Source of the DNA: Candidatus Undinarchaeales archaeon
Lineage (GTDB): Archaea > Undinarchaeota > Undinarchaeia > Undinarchaeales > JALTGF01
Direction: 5' to 3'
Length of the DNA stretch: 51,630 bases
Assembly: GCA_046483005.1 (NCBI GenBank)
Contig: JAWOEA010000001.1
Coordinates: forward strand, 1-51,630
Shown: in pieces, positions 47,335-51,630 of the stretch
Numbering within the stretch: the stretch's first letter is position 1
How the letters are laid out: each line of letters starts with the position of its first letter
Position numbers and translations under genes: made by a program
The notes under the pieces: generated by a model
Told to the model about the DNA's origin: nothing
The model's database searches: none
What the model saw: only the letters and a program-made list of their open reading frames with translations

Positions 47335-48771
47335 CTATTTAGAATACTTTTTAATAGTATTTAGAAGTTCTTCTTTTTCTTTAATTTTTACTCTGATTTG
47401 TTTTGTGCTGTCTCGGTCTCTTACAGTTACAGAATCGTCATCTAAAGTATCAAAATCAATAGTGATGCATGCAGGAGTTCCAATTTCATCGGCTCTTGCG
47501 TACCTTTTTCCAATTGAGCCGGAATCGTCATACTGGGCAACTATTCCATTTTCTGTAAGATAATTATAAACTTCTTTTGCTTTCTTCGTAATTTTCTCTT
47601 TCTTTGAAACTAATGGAAAAACAGCCGCCTGATAAGGAACTATGCTTCTTTCAAAAGCAAAATATTTTCTTTTCTTTTCTTCTTTATACGAATGCTCAAG
47701 AACCGAATAGAAAGGTCTGTCAACTCCGAAACTTGCCTCAATTACATGCGGAAGGACTTTGTCTTTTCCCACCTGAACTTCAAGATCTTCTCCGGATTCA
47801 TCTGCATGGGCCTTTAAATCAAAATCAGTTCTGTTTGCAACTGCTGCAACTTCAACCCAGCCGAAATCCTCTGAATAAATTTCAATGTCCCATGTGTCTT
47901 TTGAATAGTGGGCTTTTTCATCTTCTAAATGCTGTCTGCATCTGATTGCTTCTTTCGGAATGCCTAAATTAAGGAAGAACTTGCCAGATAAAACAAGATA
48001 ATAAGCCAGATACTCATTTTCCATCCAGTCCTTTTTGAAAACAGATTCAACTGTCATTTCTTTTCTTTCCTTTTCGTCTTTTTGATATTTGACAGGAAGG
48101 AAAGCAAATTTTTCTTTTTTTATTTCATTGAAATTTGGATGTTTCTTTTTTGCAGGATTGTAAAATATTTCGGCTTCTGCCTGAGTGAATTCTCTTAATC
48201 TAATCATTCCCTGTCTTGGAGAAATTTCATTCCTGTATGCTTTTCCAATCTGGCATACACCAAACGGCAGCTGTTTTCTCGCAACTCTTTTTAATCGATG
48301 GAAAGCAATAAACATTCCCTGAGCCGTTTCCGGTCTTAGATATACAGTGTCTGTTTTCTTTCCGGCACCTGCTTCACTTTTAAACATTAAATTAAAATTC
48401 TTAAGTTCAACATCTCCTTTGCATTTGCTACATTTGATGTTGTTTTCTCCTTTTTTGCTGACTTCAAGCTCATCAACTTTTTCAGTGTTTCCGCATTTTT
48501 TGCAGACAGCCATGTAGTCCTTGAAATGGTCTAGATGTCCGGAAGCTTTGAAAACCTGCTCCGGCATAATTGTCGGAGTTTCAATCAGGAACATTCCTTC
48601 CTTGATGATGAAAAGCTCCTTCCATTTGTCTTCAATATTCCTTTTTAATAAAGCGCCGATTGGACCGTAGTCAAAGAAACCAGCAAGCCCGCCGTGTATT
48701 TCAGAGCTGGGCCAGAATAGACCTCTTCTCTTTGCTATTGCTGAAATTTTGTCGTATTTTCTTTCCGCCAT
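47335..48771 (-). CDS. glyS: Glycyl-tRNA synthetase (alpha2 type)
   Basis: DYGP.G, LRPETAQG, RNEISPRQG..RLREF.QAE, AHYS, SIGKRYARADEIG. Confidence 0.96.
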   Translation of the reverse strand: MAERKYDKISAIAKRRGLFWPSSEIHGGLAGFFDYGPIGALLKRNIEDKWKELFIIKEGMFLIETPTIMPEQVFKASGHLDHFKDYMAVCKKCGNTEKVDELEVSKKGENNIKCSKCKGDVELKNFNLMFKSEAGAGKKTDTVYLRPETAQGMFIAFHRLKRVARKQLPFGVCQIGKAYRNEISPRQGMIRLREFTQAEAEIFYNPAKKKHPNFNEIKKEKFAFLPVKYQKDEKERKEMTVESVFKKDWMENEYLAYYLVLSGKFFLNLGIPKEAIRCRQHLEDEKAHYSKDTWDIEIYSEDFGWVEVAAVANRTDFDLKAHADESGEDLEVQVGKDKVLPHVIEASFGVDRPFYSVLEHSYKEEKKRKYFAFERSIVPYQAAVFPLVSKKEKITKKAKEVYNYLTENGIVAQYDDSGSIGKRYARADEIGTPACITIDFDTLDDDSVTVRDRDSTKQIRVKIKEKEELLNTIKKYSK

Positions 48772-48772
48772 T

Positions 48773-49897
48773 TTAATCTCTCAGTATGAATTTGTCAACC
48801 TTTTTCTTTGCCTTTTCTCTCTTCTTTCTATGTTCTTTTAAAAACTTGTTAAGCTTTTCTATTAAAATTGCTTTTAATTCTCCTGTCAGCATATCTCCGT
48901 TCTTATAATCATTGTAAATTTCCTTTAATTTTTTGCCGTCTTCCTCAAAGAAAGTGAGCCACTGATATGAAACATCTATGTCAGGATTTCCTCCTTTCTT
49001 CCTATGCTCTTCAACTGTTTCCCCGCCTCCTGAAAATGCATACTTATTTATTTTCTTTTTAACTGTTTCTTCATCATCTGTTACATAAATTGCTGTATGC
49101 TCTCCGGAAGCTGACATTTTCTCATCTGCTCCTCTTAATGAAGGGAGGAACTTGCAGTGGACTGAACACGGTTTAGGATAGTTAAGTTTTGGAGCCACAT
49201 CTCTTGCAACTCTGAAATGAGGGTCCTGGTCAATTGCATGCGGAATTAGACATTTTGTAGGCTTGCCTTCCCTTATTGTTGGAAGGAAAGCAGGAACCGA
49301 CTGCATGCTCGTATAAAATATTGAGCCGATGTTTGCCGAATTATTGAAGCCGAAAACTGCTTTTGCAGTTGAATAAGTAATTTTTTTGCTGACTTCTACT
49401 GCAGTCTTATACATCGTTTTTGCGTATTCGGTATCTAAAAAGATGTCAGTTTTCTTTTCATCAAAACCAACTGCAATAATATCTAAAATGTTTTCGTATG
49501 CCCATTTGTTTGTATCTTCTAAACTAAGACCTTCTTTGAAGAGATACTTTTCTTCATCCGGAATCTGGAATAAAAGAGGAGCTTCAAACTTGTCCTGCAG
49601 ATACTTGGTAAATATCCATGGAATTAAATGCCCGATATGAACTGGTCCGGAAGGAGCTCTTCCTGTATATAGATAAACTTTCTTTCCTTTTTCGTAGTCT
49701 TTTAACCATAAATCAAGGTCTCTGTGAGAGAAAAAATGCTTTCTTTTTAAAAATGGATGAAGTTCTCCGGTATTCTTTTCAATTTTCTTCAAAAGAGAAT
49801 TATTAATTGGTTTAGTTCCGAATTCCTTGATTAAAGCTTCGTAGTCAACATCTCCTCTGACTTCCCATGGAGTTACAGTATATTTTTTCTTTGCCAT
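48773..49897 (-). CDS. trpS: Tryptophanyl-tRNA synthetase (archaeal/eukaryal type)
   Basis: VTPWEV, YTGRAPS, HIGH, AIDQDPHF, KMSAS, AFSGG. Confidence 0.96.
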   Translation of the reverse strand: MAKKKYTVTPWEVRGDVDYEALIKEFGTKPINNSLLKKIEKNTGELHPFLKRKHFFSHRDLDLWLKDYEKGKKVYLYTGRAPSGPVHIGHLIPWIFTKYLQDKFEAPLLFQIPDEEKYLFKEGLSLEDTNKWAYENILDIIAVGFDEKKTDIFLDTEYAKTMYKTAVEVSKKITYSTAKAVFGFNNSANIGSIFYTSMQSVPAFLPTIREGKPTKCLIPHAIDQDPHFRVARDVAPKLNYPKPCSVHCKFLPSLRGADEKMSASGEHTAIYVTDDEETVKKKINKYAFSGGGETVEEHRKKGGNPDIDVSYQWLTFFEEDGKKLKEIYNDYKNGDMLTGELKAILIEKLNKFLKEHRKKREKAKKKVDKFILRD

Positions 49898-49991
49898 GTA
49901 TTGATATTAGAATCAGAGAATATAAAGGTTTTACTTATTAACTCGACTCAGTTAAATAAAGCTTATAAATTTGTATTCTCTCCGATTAGGT

Positions 49992-50234
49992 ATGAAAAGA
50001 TCAAAGATAATAAAAACAATTCTATTAAAATTGGACAGACTCGGATATTGGGGCGGGCAGCATACATCAGTCGAAAATTTGCCGCACGGCTTCCCAAGCC
50101 ACTTAAAAAGAAAAGTCAAAAAGGTTGTGAAGAAGCTGGTTCGCTCGGAACTTTTAATAACAAAACCAAAACCAGATAGTTTGCATGTTTCCCTCAATCC
50201 CAGGAAAATGGATGAAATTAAAAAAGATAATTAA
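49992..50234 (+). CDS. Small basic hypothetical protein, winged-helix-like
   Basis: ATG 49992; WGGQHT, PHGFP, VKKLVRSELL, HVSLNP. Confidence 0.6.
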   Translation: MKRSKIIKTILLKLDRLGYWGGQHTSVENLPHGFPSHLKRKVKKVVKKLVRSELLITKPKPDSLHVSLNPRKMDEIKKDN

Positions 50235-50287
50235 TAACAAAAAGTATAAATAGTAGATTAAAAATATAAAACTAATAGATATAAAAA

Positions 50288-50620
50288 ATGAAACAACAAC
50301 TTCAAACAGGAGACAAAAATCAAGAAGACACTCTCTTCGTGAAAACTCTAGGGAAGTACCCTTTAATTAAGGTAATTGACTTTCTAATAACTTTCCAGGA
50401 GTTTGACTATTCACCTACAGATATTGCAGAAAAATCTGATGTCAGTTATGTTACTCTGCAGACCTTCTGGGACAAACTAGTTCTTACAGGCATAGTGAAA
50501 AAAACAAGAGAAGTTGGAAATGCAACTATGTACAAACTGAATAAAGAGAACAGAATTGTAAAAAAGCTGCTTGAACTGGATGAAGTTTTGAGGGAAGAGA
50601 TTAGAAAAGAATTTATTTGA
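50288..50620 (+). CDS. Winged-helix DNA-binding protein
   Basis: DYSPTDIAEKSDVSYVTL HTH, L...GIV..TREVG.A.MYKLN wing. Confidence 0.8.
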   Translation: MKQQLQTGDKNQEDTLFVKTLGKYPLIKVIDFLITFQEFDYSPTDIAEKSDVSYVTLQTFWDKLVLTGIVKKTREVGNATMYKLNKENRIVKKLLELDEVLREEIRKEFI

Positions 50621-51271
50621 GTCTCTCAATCAGACTACTAATCATCAAAGGAAGAATAGTCGTCGCATCTCCTTCAATTGTTATATATTTGGCATCTTCT
50701 CTTACTTTGCCCCAGCTTATTCCTTCTTTCACTCTTGCTCCGGATAAAGAGCCGTCCCATTCAGGAGCAGTTGTAATGTAAACAGAATAATCAAGTCCGC
50801 CTCTGAACTGGTTCCACCAGATTGTATGATGCTTTGAAATTCCTCCGCCTATCATTAAGGAGCCGGTTTTTCCTGCATCTAAAACAATGTTGTTGAGTTC
50901 ATGCTCGTCCTTGAATAAATTAAGTTTAAAGTCAGGATGGCTTTCCGAAAACATCCATAAATTTGAGCCGACCGTTCCGTCTGTCGGTCCGGGAACGAAG
51001 AAAGGTATATCGTTTTTATAACACCAGTAAATTATTGAATCTTCTTTGTTTTCCTCATTTTCCAGTCTTTTGCCGATTTCATAGGTAAGCTCGCTTGTTG
51101 AAAGCTCTTTTTTTCCTTCTTTGTAAAGTTCCTCAAGAATGGGCATTATTTTTTCTTCCAGAACAACGCCGTGATGCTCGTGAGGAATTAAAACATTTCC
51201 TTCTCTATGAGTTCTGTTTTCCCATAGTTCTGAATCGTCCATGTCAAACCTGCCGTGGTAGTAGTCCTTGA
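50613..51271 (-). CDS. dys: Deoxyhypusine synthase, C-terminal portion only; the 5' part is replaced by foreign DNA
   Basis: GNVLIP, SIIYW, TDG, IGGGISKH, DGSLSGA, SWGK (catalytic Lys), GDAT. Confidence 0.9.
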
Positions 51272-51272
51272 G

Positions 51273-51347
51273 GAGAACCACCTCTCCAGGGCATACCGCA
51301 GCCTGGAGATCGAGGGCCGCACGGACCTCGCGGCGCTGTTCGCCTGA
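51273..51347 (+). CDS. 3' fragment of a LuxR-type HTH regulator from a high-GC bacterium
   Basis: ENHLSRAYRSLEIEGRTDLAALFA* matches the recognition-helix end of LuxR/GerE domains; GC-ending codons. Confidence 0.65.
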   Translation, partial: ENHLSRAYRSLEIEGRTDLAALFA

Positions 51348-51477
51348 TCGCGGCAGCTGCACGCTGGCAGCGTCCGGGGCGTTGAGCGTTCGACGAGGCC
51401 CGGTTGAGTGGTGTCGTTCATCGCCTGCACCGCCACGCTGCGTGCCCACGACCACGCCACGCACCCACGGAGGATCG

Positions 51478-51630
51478 ATGAGGGGGGCGGGCACGTCCTT
51501 CGCGATCCTCGTCATCGTGTCGCTGCTCACAGGCTGCAGCGAGTCCGGGACCACCGAGGACCCCGCGATCGATGCGGCCGATGCCGGAGAGGCCCCTGAC
51601 GCAACGCAGCCGGCAGACGCGGCCACTGAC
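51478..51630 (+). CDS. 5' fragment of a high-GC bacterial lipoprotein
   Basis: GGAGG RBS; MRGAGTSFAILVIVSLLTGCSESG... with LTGC lipobox; open to the window end. Confidence 0.65.
   Translation, partial: MRGAGTSFAILVIVSLLTGCSESGTTEDPAIDAADAGEAPDATQPADAATD

Noticed and set aside
1125-49806. Numerous short antisense or alternate-frame ORFs in the track (e.g. 1125-1415, 5917-6267, 9396-9824, 29193-29645, 40418-40894)
   Set aside because: They overlap well-supported genes and have the Phe/Ser/Leu-rich composition expected from the reverse strand of Lys/Glu-rich genes
50613-51626. Novel N-terminal extension or fusion on deoxyhypusine synthase
   Set aside because: The extension is the antisense of high-GC genes beyond a compositional break, and the real N-terminal half of the enzyme is missing

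Overview
Low-GC archaeal chromosomal segment. BRE/TATA promoters, GGAGGTG ribosome sites, hjc, archaeal-type pheST/glyS/trpS, split GMP synthase and deoxyhypusine synthase support the archaeal call. A DPANN-type lineage is plausible but is only inference. In order, the window holds: a surface-protein cluster (beta-helix protein, S8 protease with PGF-pre-PGF domain, cell-wall-binding-repeat protein), mtnA, an arsR-peptide-arsP operon, tRNA-Thr, hsp20 and hjc. Next come a purine cluster (purSLQ-x-FD-denV-like, purEM, guaAB/AA), a cation-chloride cotransporter, and an oxidative-stress cluster (sod, ogg, two rubrerythrins, an unannotated desulforedoxin). Then follow a DUF5320-DUF134 unit, transporters, tRNA-Phe, an ABC-2 exporter, minD and an aminoacyl-tRNA synthetase cluster. 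The last ~360 bp are high-GC bacterial-like DNA, probably an assembly chimera. The best non-routine signals are: a four-hairpin candidate RNA directly downstream of tRNA-Phe with two identical UGCAAU loops, an inverted heptamer-repeat element between hsp20 and tRNA-Thr, a helically phased GAAAA array, a missed 33-aa Cys-tailed peptide in the ars operon, an ATT start for rubrerythrin, and a perfect 20-bp operator. All calls come from reading the sequence by eye; no searches were run.
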